A stretch of 63,360 bases of DNA, counting the filler, from Octopus bimaculoides (lineage: Eukaryota): NCBI RefSeq assembly GCF_001194135.2. It is 5 parts of 5 records of this genome, joined end to end, with 100 filler letters (N's around TTAATTAATTAA, not from the genome) between each part and the next. Parts side by side here need not be neighbours in the genome. Positions count along the whole stretch, not along the records: positions 24,700 to 45,131 come from NC_068990.1; positions 45,232 to 54,692 come from NC_068986.1; positions 54,793 to 63,360 come from NC_069000.1; 2 more parts are not named here. The stretch is one strand, 5' to 3'. Positions 43,351 to 55,265 of the stretch are shown in pieces. Below the pieces are notes generated by a model. The model was given only the letters and a program-made list of their open reading frames with translations. It ran no database searches and was not told where the DNA came from. Numbering within the stretch: the first letter of the stretch is position 1; each line of letters opens with the position of its first letter. The translations under genes and the position numbers were made by a program.

Positions 43351-45086
43351 TATACATACGCACACACACATATATTTGTAGATAGAAGTTTACATGTTTG
43401 CGAGTGTGTGTGTGCGTGTGTGTGTGTGTGTGTGTGTTTGTGTGTACGTCCATACATAATACCGACATCCAGAAACACACCCGCACGCATCGTTGTGAAC
43501 TAACGTAAGATGGTGGCTGACCTGACGTCATCTAGAGGAAAGCAAGAATTGCAAGTTAGCAACAGCTAAGGTGCAGTATCAGCTGCCAACAGCTGCTGCT
43601 ATCCAGTGAAAACAAGTGCACCGATGTTATACTCAGTTGCAGTCACTTGTCAAATTGCATGACGTTAATGCCGGAGCCGCAAATAAATCTATCGTTATGT
43701 TGCTACCTGGCTTAATTGTATCGATTCCAACGCACAAACGCGCGCGCACCCACCCACACACACCCACACACAAACACACACACGCACACAATCACATACA
43801 TTCTTTTGTTTCGGTCATTTGAGCGTGGCCATGCTTGAGCACTGCCATTAGTCGAACAGATCGACAACCCTCCTCTCCCCCCACCCATGACTTATTCTTT
43901 GTAAGCCTAGTACTTGTTCTGTCGATCACTTTTGCCGAACCGATAGTTTACGGGGACATAAACACACCAGCATCGGTTGTCAAGCAACGGTGGGGGACAA
44001 ACACGTACATACAAATATATATANNNNNNNNNNNNNNNNNNNNNNNNNNNNNNNNNNNNNNNNNNNNNNNNNNNNNNNNNNNNNNNNNNNNNNNNNNNNN
44101 NNNNNNNNNNNNNNNNNNNNNNNNNNNNNNNNNNNNNNNNNNNNNNNNNNNNNNNNNNNNNNNNNNNNNNNNNNNNNNNNNNNNNNNNNNNNNNNNNNNN
44201 NNNNNNNNNNNNNNNNNNNNNNNNNNNNNNNNNNNNNNNNNNNNNNNNNNNNNNNNNNNNNNNNNNNNNNNNNNNNNNNNNNNNNNNNNNNNNNNNNNNN
44301 NNNNNNNNNNNNNNNNNNNNNNNNNNNNNNNNNNNNNNNNNNNNNNNNNNNNNNNNNNNNNNNNNNNNNNNNNNNNNNNNNNNNNNNNNNNNNNNNNNNN
44401 NNNNNNNNNNNNNNNNNNNNNNNNNNNNNNNNNNNNNNNNNNNNNNNNNNNNNNNNNNNNNNNNNNNNNNNNNNNNNNNNNNNNNNNNNNNNNNNNNNNN
44501 NNNNNNNNNNNNNNNNNNNNNNNNNNNNNNNNNNNNNNNNNNNNNNNNNNNNNNNNNNNNNNNNNNNNNNNNNNNNNNNNNNNNNNNNNNNNNNNNNNNN
44601 NNNNNNNNNNNNNNNNNNNNNNNNNNNNNNNNNNNNNNNNNNNNNNNNNNNNNNNNNNNNNNNNNNNNNNNNNNNNNNNNNNNNNNNNNNNNNNNNNNNN
44701 NNNNNNNNNNNNNNNNNNNNNNNNNNNNNNNNNNNNNNNNNNNNNNNNNNNNNNNNNNNNNNNNNNNNNNNNNNNNNNNNNNNNNNNNNNNNNNNNNNNN
44801 NNNNNNNNNNNNNNNNNNNNNNNNNNNNNNNNNNNNNNNNNNNNNNNNNNNNNNNNNNTATATATCCACACATGCATATTCATACACACATATGCATACA
44901 TGTGTATGTATGTCCATGTATTTATGAGTGTGCATGTGAGTGTAGGGGTAGTTGTATAAAGAGTGAGAGACAGATAGACAGAGATAGTCAGACAGACAGA
45001 CAGATAGACAGAGGGATAAGAGAGACAGAAAGGTATAAATGTGTACGTAAATACACATGCACACACACACACACATACGCACACAC

Positions 45087-45131
<45 letters not shown>

Positions 45132-45231
45132 NNNNNNNNNNNNNNNNNNNNNNNNNNNNNNNNNNNNNNNNNNNNTTAATTAATTAANNNNNNNNNNNNN
45201 NNNNNNNNNNNNNNNNNNNNNNNNNNNNNNN

Positions 45232-45276
<45 letters not shown>

Positions 45277-45476
45277 AATGCTTATAGCATACACACCAGT
45301 GCAGACATGGAAAATAAATTATCATACACTAAAATAAAATAGTTTTGCATGATGTCGGCTGCGAATCAGCCGTCCTTCAATGGATATGAACTGATGAAAT
45401 AAATATATTCATCTCATACCTCCTGAATTTCTTTGCACACACACGCACGCACTCGCGCGCATGTGCATATATACAT

Positions 45477-45509
<33 letters not shown>

Positions 45510-45922
45510 TACATACATACATACATACATACATACACACATACATCTGTTGATCAGATCAAGTGGGACGCTTGACGTCGTAAACGACATAGTGCCAGTT
45601 TTACACTTATAACCTTAAAGAAACGATAAAGGTCCTAAAGAAACGGTGAGCTAGTAAAATAGTTAGTCCGCCAGGCATATTCGCTCATCGGAATTTCTTC
45701 CGGCTTTCAGATTTGATTTCAGAATCTTCGGACTTAACATTTGATCCCATCGACGTCTATAAAATAAGTAACTGTCAAGCATTAGGGTCGATGTAATCAA
45801 CTTAACCGATGCACTGAAATTGCTGGCCTTTTACCAAAGTTTTCAGCCGTTATAGGCATAATTAATTCAAAGATAATTACTTAATAGACTAATCGATTTT
45901 TTTTTCTTATTATTAACAACAG

Positions 45923-46073
45923 TTTGTCGAAATGATAATGGCAAATGTGTTAGGAGAGGTAAAGCTTGGATAAGCCACGATGAGTTTGGAGAATGCTGGT
46001 CTCACACGTGCTTGGTTACCGGAAGTAATAGCGTTCGAATCGAATCAAGTTTAAGAGGAGACTGTTCAGTAAA
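45923..46073 (+). CDS. Internal exon of an unidentified Cys-rich protein: (x)CRNDNGKCVRRGKAWISHDEFGECWSHTCLVTGSNSVRIESSLRGDCSV(K)
   Basis: Acceptor tttttttcttattattaacaacAG and consensus donor AAA|GTAAGT. The frame is open from a phase-1 start to a phase-2 end. The C-x6-C..W..C-x4-C spacing resembles vWC/FN1-like extracellular modules (family call is inference). Confidence 0.6.
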
Positions 46074-46212
46074 GTAAGTATATATTTTAAGCTATTTAAT
46101 TTGGTTCATATAATACATTTCCTCCATATCACTGTTGAGTTGCCCTTGTAACACATGTCCTTTTCTGCTCTACCGCTAATTCCAGTTAGCTTTCATTCGG
46201 ATATAAAAATGC

Positions 46213-47242
46213 GGTTCTAGGTAAATTCCACCACGGTAATTTCCACCAGGTAAATGTCTCCATACGTAAATTCCACCACGGTATATTCCACCTTGGTAAA
46301 ATGGTAAATTCTGCCCATGGACAGACTTCCAATACAAGCAGCTCAAGCTAATAATCACCATGGTCAGTTTCTCAAGACCGTGGGTCAATACCTATGTTAT
46401 TTAATCTGTCTGTCTCTCAAGCCTTAAGAAAAGAGAGAAAGAGTCTGAAGGTGAGACAGAAAATAATCTTCGTAATCTACTTGAACTGAGGTGGGATCCC
46501 TTTAATGTACTCCCGTCGGGTAAGAATCTATGAAAAAGACTCATTACAAAATCTCAAAAGTAATATAATTTGAGATGAAGAAAGAAAAGATTAAATTCTA
46601 GCACACATTTTGTTATAACAGTAGGATAAAAATAAAATAACAGCGAATACATTGTGAAGCAGAGTTAGGATAAGAAAGCTTAATTTATTTTTAAAAATTC
46701 AGTTAAAAATTTCGTGCTATAATTCTTAAAAATTGCAGAGGGTTTTCATTTTGTTATGCCTGAACTAGTTTCTTCAGCCATGCATCAATAATTTGATTGG
46801 TCTTTTTATTTTGTTATTGTTAAGTCTCCTCGTCAAATGTGTGCAATTTTTGTCTAGCTTAATCCTTACTCAGTGCATTTGAGGGCAGTGCATAGTTTCT
46901 ATAAATTTGGATGTGTGGATGTTAGTGATGAGCGCAAAGCATTGTGAAACCCTTCTAAAGAATTATTTGATTTTGGCAAGTCCTTTAAGACGCGATCACG
47001 TACATTCCAGAGTTGTATAGGAAAAGATGGGGGGTCTCTTCGACGACGAGGACCGAGCTCCATTACAATCCCAATGTATGTAATCTCAAAATAGGTCATA
47101 CTCTCAGAAGGGATGTCTTCATGGTCAGGAACAAACCTTGAAATTCATTGACAACGTCTTCCGCGTATATTTTGTATTCATTGACATTATTGATATTATT
47201 TTTTATGCAATCTTTTTTTTATTTCCATAATATCGCAACCCG

Positions 47243-47318
<76 letters not shown>

Positions 47319-48462
47319 CCTGGATGCAGTACCAGGCAGTGGCTCTCATGGCTTCTGATCTTAATTGATTGGAAGTGTTATCATGTACATTGTTTTGTCT
47401 TGGTATAAAAGATGGGCTACAGCAAATATTCTGCTTAATACCACAAATTTTCTTGTCAGTTGTTTGACCTTAACCAGTTGAGCATGTCCCTTGGTGGCTG
47501 ACGATATGTGCATCTCTGATCATGAGCAGAAGTATTGGGGGAGCATCATAGCCATGTGTTGAGAGGAATTCTTTGGGGTTTGAATAATTCACCTTTGGNN
47601 NNNNNNNNNNNNNNNNNNNNNNNNNNNNNNNNNNNNNNNNNNNNNNNNNNNNNNNNNNNNNNNNNNNNNNNNNNNNNNNNNNNNNNNNNNNNNNNNNNNN
47701 NNNNNNNNNNNNNNNNNNNNNNNNNNNNNNNNNNNNNNNNNNNNNNNNNNNNNNNNNNNNNNNNNNNNNNNNNNNNNNNNNNNNNNNNNNNNNNNNNNNN
47801 NNNNNNNNNNNNNNNNNNNNNNNNNNNNNNNNNNNNNNNNNNNNNNNNNNNNNNNNNNNNNNNNNNNNNNNNNNNNNNNNNNNNNNNNNNNNNNNNNNNN
47901 NNNNNNNNNNNNNNNNNNNNNNNNNNNNNNNNNCAATACCAGCAGATGACAACGTTTCTCTAAAAGAAATGGAAAAACTTTCAAAATACAAAGACCTGGA
48001 AATAGAGATAACTCGAATGTGGAATCTAAAAACAGAAACAATTCCTATCATAGTAGGTGCCTTAGGTATAATAAAAAAATATTCAGACAAATACATAACA
48101 AAAATACCAGGACTTACAAATATATATAACATACAGAAAATTGCACTACTGGGTACTGCACACATTCTACGCAAAACACTTTCAATACAGTAAACATAAG
48201 AGCACCACAGCAAACCACAGCACATACCCAAGGCGCACAGAGCTGCGCTCGGTAGTGAAGTGAAAGCACGTTATAAAAATGAAACTACTGAACAATAATA
48301 ATAATAATATTGATAATAATAATTTCACCTATGGTGAAATTTACCATGGTGTAATAAATATACTGTGGTGAAATTTACCTATGGTGAAATTTATCTTTAG
48401 TGAAATTTACTTGATGGAATTTTCTGTGGTAGAATTTTCTGCGGTGGAATTTACCGGTCACC
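46213..48462 (-). mobile_element. Internally deleted Mutator-like element (MULE) with nested Dong insertion(s)
   Basis: TIRs ggttctaggtaaattccacc… / …ggtggaatttaccggtcacc. Flanks AAAAATGC (46205-12) and AAAAATAC (48463-70) form a TSD. Transposase remnant TYFEITYIG…FPIQLWNVRDRV…SNNSLEGFHNAL…HPNL. Confidence 0.85.
47934..48310 (+). mobile_element. Dong/R4-clade 3' end
   Basis: MEKLSKYKDLEIEITRMWNLKTETIPIIVGALG…IQKIALLGTAHILRKTL*, then a 3'UTR ending in AAT repeats. Confidence 0.9.
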
Positions 48463-48842
48463 AAAAATACAATTTTAGGCATTTTCAGTTAAATATTTCA
48501 ACTGAAAAACCGTGGAAATCCTTGTCCTTTTTTTTAATTTAAAAAGTGTGTTTCTTTTTCAGGGCAATCTTCGACAAACTGCTTTCTACTTCTTACTAAC
48601 AGAAGAATTAGAATTGAAATTCTTTTATCGTTTATTTGTTTAATATTTCAGATGATTGCAGCCATCTTTAAAAGTTTAGTGGAAGAAATCGACACCAGTA
48701 CTATATATACGTATTTATTTTTAAATGTGGTTCTTATTTTATCGGTGTCTTTTGTCGGACCGCTAGGAGGTGAATAGATCGATACCGGTTGACAAGTGTT
48801 GGAAGTGAAAAACACAGACACACGTAAAACATATAGCACATA

Positions 48843-48887
<45 letters not shown>

Positions 48888-48989
48888 ACACACGTATATA
48901 TACATATATATATATGCATATACATAAATATATGTACATACATACGCACGTGCACACATGTACATACACACATGCATACATACGTACAT

Positions 48990-49200
48990 ACATGATGATA
49001 GCCGTCCACTCGTGAGCGAGGAAGACCATTTCTGACCTTCAGGAACATTGTGCACTCTAGGACTAATATTTTGCACTTGCGGCTCCGTTGGTGGCTAATG
49101 AGCCCTGCTCTTGACAAGCATACACGACTGCAAACATTGCAGACCTAGCTTTCCCCATTCACTACACCAGCAGTGTGCTGTCTAGCATCACGCTTAAGTA
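48990..49200 (-). mobile_element. RTE(BovB-like) LINE 3' end
   Basis: VCNVCSRVCLSRAGLISHQRS C2H2-like tail, followed by a short 3' end running into microsatellite. Confidence 0.7.
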
Positions 49201-50440
49201 CATACATACATACGTACATACATACATACATACATACATGCATGCACACATACATACACACATACACACATACATACATACATACACACATACGTACATA
49301 CAAGCATGCACACATACACACATACATACATACATACATGCATGCACACATACACACATACATACATACACACACACATACATACATACATATATACATA
49401 CATACATACATACACACATACACACATACATTCACACATACATACATACATACATACATACACACACACATACATACATACACACATAATACATATATAC
49501 ATACATACAGTNNNNNNNNNNNNNNNNNNNNNNNNNNNNNNNNNNNNNNNNNNNNNNNNNNNNNNNNNNNNNNNNNNNNNNNNNNNNNNNNNNNNNNNNN
49601 NNNNNNNNNNNNNNNNNNNNNNNNNNNNNNNNNNNNNNNNNNNNNNNNNNNNNNNNNNNNNNNNNNNNNNNNNNNNNNNNNNNNNNNNNNNNNNNNNNNN
49701 NNNNNNNNNNNNNNNNNNNNNNNNNNNNNNNNNNNNNNNNNNNNNNNNNNNNNNNNNNNNNNNNNNNNNNNNNNNNNNNNNNNNNNNNNNNNNNNNNNNN
49801 NNNNNNNNNNNNNNNNNNNNNNNNNNNNNNNNNNNNNNNNNNNNNNNNNNNNNNNNNNNNNNNNNNNNNNNNNNNNNNNNNNNNNNNNNNNNNNNNNNNN
49901 NNNNNNNNNNNNNNNNNNNNNNNNNNNNNNNNNNNNNNNNNNNNNNNNNNNNNNNNNNNNNNNNNNNNNNNNNNNNNNNNNNNNNNNNNNNNNNNNNNNN
50001 NNNNNNNNNNNNNNNNNNNNNNNNNNNNNNNNNNNNNNNNNNNNNNNNNNNNNNNNNNNNNNNNNNNNNNNNNNNNNNNNNNNNNNNNNNNNNNNNNNNN
50101 NNNNNACACACATGCATACATACATACATACATACATACACACATATATACACACATACATACATACATACATACATGCATACATGCATGCACACATACA
50201 CACATACATACACACATACATACATACATACATACATACACACACACATACATACATACATACATACATGCATGCACACATACACACATACATACATACA
50301 CACACACATACATACATACATATATACATACATACATACATACACACATACACACATACATTCACACATACATACATACATACATACATACACACACACA
50401 TACATACATACACACATAATACATATATACATACATACAG
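49200..50440. repeat. (CATA/CA)n compound microsatellite spanning a gap
   Basis: Direct inspection. The sequence left of the gap largely recurs right of it. Confidence 0.9.
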
Positions 50441-51339
50441 TGACCGTTCATTCTGGTCACTGATCAGATGTCGCTGTGCATTGCAGAGATTCAGCCCCTG
50501 AATACAGGCTCGAAACCAGTTGTCTTGTGGACTGCGACGTATCGTACTTTGGATAGTGTCCTTAGGGGGTTTTAGTTTGACAGTTAGCCCATCTCATATT
50601 TCTGGCATCTCATATTTCCACCTCAGAGAATTTTATTCTCTGAAGAGCGGACTTGATGGCACCAGCGAAAGAAAGCCAAATGTTTTTCGAAGCGTTTGTA
50701 CTGGATCGCTGGCTAGTTCTTTCATCGTCGTCGTCTTGTTGTCGTTATTGGTGTTGCTGCTGCTGTTGCTGTTGCTGTTGACGTTCTTGTTAGTTGTTTT
50801 TGAGGTCATACAAAGTTTTCCATGGGAATACACTGTCTGTCGTTTCACACACGAAAGGTTTGCATTGTTTACACTTTCGTCGTTGGTGTTATCTGGTTCT
50901 CCGTCTCTTGTCTGTTGAGCTTGAAAAGAACACTGTTGTTTGTTATTTGAGCCGTCGTTGTTCTACAGAAGATCTCTCAAGCATTCCCTCTTGAAAACAT
51001 TATATCTATTATCATATTCTCTCTGGTTCTCGATAACGACAGGCTTATCCTCTGTATTTTTCGTTGGGGTGACATAATGCATCACGCTTACAACCTCTCT
51101 TATTGTGATTTAGTGACACTCTTTACTTTCTTCCCCTCTCTCACATACGAGCGTCATCACATCCAGGCTTGCTTTTTCCGTGTTGGAGAGAAAACGAAGA
51201 GAATTTTTTTAATGAAAACTAAATGAATTGACTTTATCCACCAAATTGGAGGACAAAAACAGGAAAAGAATCTCACCAGTCGACAGTAATCAACTTGGTA
51301 TCCACGATGGTATACATTTCAAATGTGTAAACAAATATA

Positions 51340-51910
51340 TTTTGTGTTAATCTTTATAAAATCCACGGATAGAGGTGAAGCGTGGCTTGCTATGCTAACG
51401 GCCCGCGATTGCGAAAGACGACATGACAAGGTGGCAATAATGATCCATTGGGAGCTCTGTTGAAACCACATCCTATAAAGAGCAAAGACGTGGTATGAGA
51501 AAACCCTAGAAGGAGGCACCGAGAATAAAGATTGCACAATCATATGGGATGCAACAATTTAGTGCGATCACCTGACCAGATATCGGAAACTTGATATTGC
51601 TGTAGTGAATCAAAAAGAAGGAACTTTCAGGATAATCGACACAGCATATCCTGATGACAACAGGATCAATGTGAAGGAAGAAGAAAAAATAAACAACTAT
51701 GACGATTCGAAGTAAGAAATACGAAGGTTGTGGTGAATGAGGAGAGTAGACGTGATACCAACAGTAATCGGTGCACTTGGAAGTATCAGCACTCAACTAC
51801 CAGCATGATTGAAAAAGATCTGTACAAATGTAAAGGTAGACCACTTACAAAAATCAGCATTGCTTGGAACTGCAAAGATTCCACGAAGGGTTCTTGAAAC
51901 CTGACACGTA
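51340..51910 (+). mobile_element. Degraded Dong/R4 RLE domain
   Basis: RRHDKVAIMIHWELC*…IIWD…KLDIAVV…IIDTAYP…VIGALG…LQKSALLGTAKIPRRVLET*, with several stops. Confidence 0.85.
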
Positions 51911-52324
51911 AACAAGTGTCACTAAATCTTTCTTCAGGCACAAATTTACGGTATTTCAGGAATACACAAAAAAAAATTCTATCAGAGGCAACTCTAGGCT
52001 AAACAAAACACAGAAAAACATACTTCATAATAAAAGATTATCTATTAAATAATACTAATAAAATTGATTGTATATGTTCGAAGTTTCATTTCCTGGTAAA
52101 AATCCATGTATTTTAAGATTGTTCAGGCACAGTTGCCTCCCGTAGCCAAAGACCTCAAAATTTTGGGACCCGACAACGTTTTCGAGGTTACTTTTGTAGT
52201 AAAAAAAGAGTTGTACGTTCTTTCTTTGGTAGGCAAGAGATTATTGGATCTCTTGATACCTCCTACGTCAAAATTGAGAACTCAGTTTTCGAATCCATAA
52301 GGAACATAAGCACACACACACACT

Positions 52325-52356
<32 letters not shown>

Positions 52357-52396
52357 CTGTTTTATTATGTAATATATATAAGTCTGTGTGTCTGTT

Positions 52397-52484
<88 letters not shown>

Positions 52485-53187
52485 GGTGCGTGAGTATGTA
52501 TATATACATATATTCTTAAAATAGAAATGAATAGATTAATAAAATTCCATACAGAATACATTTGTTACAAAGTTCAAATTATACTTGAGGTATATGATTG
52601 TATGTAATGTAATAAACTTGTCTTTCTTAACGGGTATTCACAGCATGTAATAGACATGATCAGGAAAAAAAGATATGACATGACATGATCGTAGAATATA
52701 ATGCGCATTTGTATATATTTAGGTTAAACTCCATATATTTTTAATTGGGATAGGAAGTTGTATTGTGCGTCGGTAGAAACGTCTACTGCCTAGTGGTTCA
52801 CAGCCTTTCAACCATAGAGAGCCATGAGTGACAACTACAATAATAAGATATTTTGTGAACAATTAAATTACCTAATTGTTAACTAATTGACACTGGAGTA
52901 GAGGTAATAAGCTTCAGTCTACTCAATAAGAGATTAATAAAAGAAAACGTCACGTTACTATTCGCAACGTAAGGATGGTACGTGGTCGAAGAAAATCAAC
53001 AACATCAAGGCAGGATAAACTAATTTTGACTTTACACTGCAGTCTCGCTCACATCAGAACTAATTGTCTTAGCTTTCACATGAAAGCATTGATATTTTGT
53101 ATGTGTTTGATATCGTCAGGCAAAACATGTACGCAAAACATGTAGCAAAATGTAACACGTTCTCCTATCTGTTAAGAGTAATACTGT

Positions 53188-53603
53188 AAGGTGGCGAGCT
53201 GGCAGAAACGTTAGCACGCCGGGCGAAATGCTTAGCGTTACGTTCTGAGTTCAAATTCCGCCGAGGTCGACTTTGCCTTTCATCTTTTCGGGGTCGATAA
53301 ATTAAGTACCAGTTACGCACTGGGGTCGATATAATCGGCTTAATCCCTTTGTCTGTCCTTGTTTGTCCCATTTATGTTTAGCCCCTTGTGGGCAATAAAG
53401 AAATAAGAAACGTTAGCACGCCGGGCGAAATGGTTAGCGGTATTTCGTCTGTCTTTACGTTCTGAGTTCAAATTCCGCCGAGGTCGACTTTGCCTGTCAT
53501 CCTTTCGGGGTCTATAAATTGAGTACCAGCTGCGTACTGGGGTCGATCTAATCGGCTGGCCCCTCCCCCAAAAAATTTCGGGCCTTGTACCTAGAGTTAA
53601 AGA
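53188..53603 (+). mobile_element. SINE family B head-to-tail dimer
   Basis: Two copies of gttagcacgccgggcgaaatg…gagttcaaattccgccgaggtcgactttgcct…agtaccag, joined at 53411/53412. Confidence 0.9.
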
Positions 53604-53699
53604 GAGTAATCCTGTCAATGAATATTTTGTTCTAATTTCTATTTTCTCTACCATTCACTTCGAAATCGGTCATTTTCCTCGATAAGAAAGGTATATATA

Positions 53700-54040
53700 C
53701 ATATCAAGTTGGCTTTTATGTGCAAATAATGATCATTCCAATATTCTTAGCGCCATATTTTTTTTTTTTTTTTGATAAAGTAAAATTTTGTTTATTAAAT
53801 AATCAAGCTTATTGCACCATGCCACATTTGAATAAATCAATGTCGGATATATCATCGAACTATAAAGAGGTTTTATTTCTCTATTATTTACGTAGGGTCT
53901 AATCTTGAACGCATTATACATGAGATTGGACAATCTTATATTCATTTCTTCTATATGATATTTTTTCAATTTAGATCTTCGCTTATCCTTATACCCAAAA
54001 ACGTATCATAATCTATCTCTTTAAGGGCAGAATTATTCAT
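53700..54040 (-). mobile_element. CR1/L2-group LINE RT remnant
   Basis: LGIRISEDLN*K, then HIEEMNIRLSNLMYNAFKIRPY…LYSSMIYPTLIYSNVAWCN…ILLYQKK…ALRI. Confidence 0.75.
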
Positions 54041-54090
54041 CATCTATTCATTAACAATGTCTGGAACCTCTTGTTATGTGCAAGTGTGAA

Positions 54091-54116
54091 TCTATATATA
54101 TAAAAATGAGAATGTG

Positions 54117-54159
<43 letters not shown>

Positions 54160-54430
54160 GTGTGTGAATCCCTAAAACTCGAGAACTACGCAACCAATTT
54201 CATTCAAATTTTACACATGCCCTACTTAGGGTTCCAGTTGTGTTTTAGTCAAAAAATTTTTTAACTTCTTGCAGAGTTCGAGCACACGGCAACATAATAT
54301 CTCTTCCACTATTAAAGTATTACGTGTCAAAAGTGAAACAAAAATTCTCATGTCAAATACTTTCACTTTAAAAATGAAACTATTCCACTAACTGAAACAA
54401 TCACATTTCGATACTGTAATGACAGATACT
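54091..54430 (+). mobile_element. Non-autonomous Helitron-like element 5' part
   Basis: A|TCTATATATATAAAAATGAGAATG followed by (CTGT)n, the usual start of non-autonomous Helitrons. No 3' CTRR identified. Confidence 0.5.
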
Positions 54431-54463
54431 TTCAGAGAGAGAGAGAAAGAGAGAGAAAGAGAA

Positions 54464-54494
<31 letters not shown>

Positions 54495-54692
54495 AAGATA
54501 GAGAGTGAAAAAGAGAACGAGAGAGAGAGATGTATATGTATACATATAGATGTATATGTACACCATTTCGATACTGTAATGACAGATACTTTCAGAGAGA
54601 GAGAAAGAGAGAAAGAGAGAGAGAGAGAAAGAGAGAGATAGAGAGAGAGAGAGATGTATATGTATACATACAGATGTATATGTACACGTATA
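54404..54692. repeat. 160-bp tandem duplication containing (GA)n
   Basis: catttcgatactgtaatgacagatactttcag at 54404 and 54564. Confidence 0.85.
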
Positions 54693-54910
54693 NNNNNNNN
54701 NNNNNNNNNNNNNNNNNNNNNNNNNNNNNNNNNNNNTTAATTAATTAANNNNNNNNNNNNNNNNNNNNNNNNNNNNNNNNNNNNNNNNNNNNTTATTATT
54801 GATGGTTTTAATATTTGGATTTCGTAAATTTTATTTCTTCTCCTTTGTTGCTGTTTGTTTTCGTTTTCCCTTATGATGTATATCTATTTCTCTTCTCTTT
54901 ATCTTTCAAG

Positions 54911-55265
54911 GCCGCTGGTCCAGTGTTCTTCTTTTCCAGATATAGATTTTTGCAGATACTGTAATTCTTCAACGGGATGGACCGCTTTTGTAACTGTTCC
55001 AAACCCTTGTTTTCAATTTCAATTAAAGTACCGTTTTTGTCAGTCAACCAATCCAGTTGCATGCCCTTGCCTAGGAAGTCCATTTGAAATAACACCCTGT
55101 CCGTCTGCTATTGTGGACTCGGTTATGTATCTGCAGTCTCGTGTACTCGAATCGATAATGGCTAATGACACGCAATCCAAAGACTATCATGCCATACGTG
55201 ATGAAACAAATATGATCAAAAGAATGTTGGAACTGTACGAGGAACACTTCACGAAAAGTATATGA
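54911..55265 (+). CDS. Terminal exon: PLVQCSSFPDIDFCRYCNSSTGWTAFVTVPNPCFQFQLKYRFCQSTNPVACPCLGSPFEITPCPSAIVDSVMYLQSRVLESIMANDTQSKDYHAIRDETNMIKRMLELYEEHFTKSI*; TSP1-like module plus helical tail
   Basis: First AG after a pyrimidine tract about 100 nt long with no AG (…tctcttctctttatctttcaAG). Phase 2 matches the donor at 46074. 118 codons run to TGA. W..C..Q.KYR.C..CPC.G..E..PC spacing; NxS/T sequons NSS and NDT; AATAAA at 55535-55540. Confidence 0.65.

Noticed and set aside
49258-50441. Apparent direct repeat of about 250 bp on both sides of gap 49512-50105
   Set aside because: Both sides end in the same …atacatacagt, which is most likely an unmerged contig overlap.
50634-50695. CTGAAGA…GAAA on the plus strand; similar partial cores at 2018, 24550, 45388, 53113 and 58470-58510
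   Set aside because: No consistent stem I, stem III and NUH triplet together.
52118-52300. Segment open in two plus frames (DCSGTVASRSQRPQNFG… / IVQAQLPP…) with acceptor-like AGs
   Set aside because: No phase-2 donor fits between the two supported exons, a minus frame is equally open, and no motif is recognisable.
54871-55095. Minus-strand ORF MLFQMDFLGKG…
   Set aside because: Antisense shadow of the plus-strand terminal exon; it has no pyrimidine-rich acceptor.
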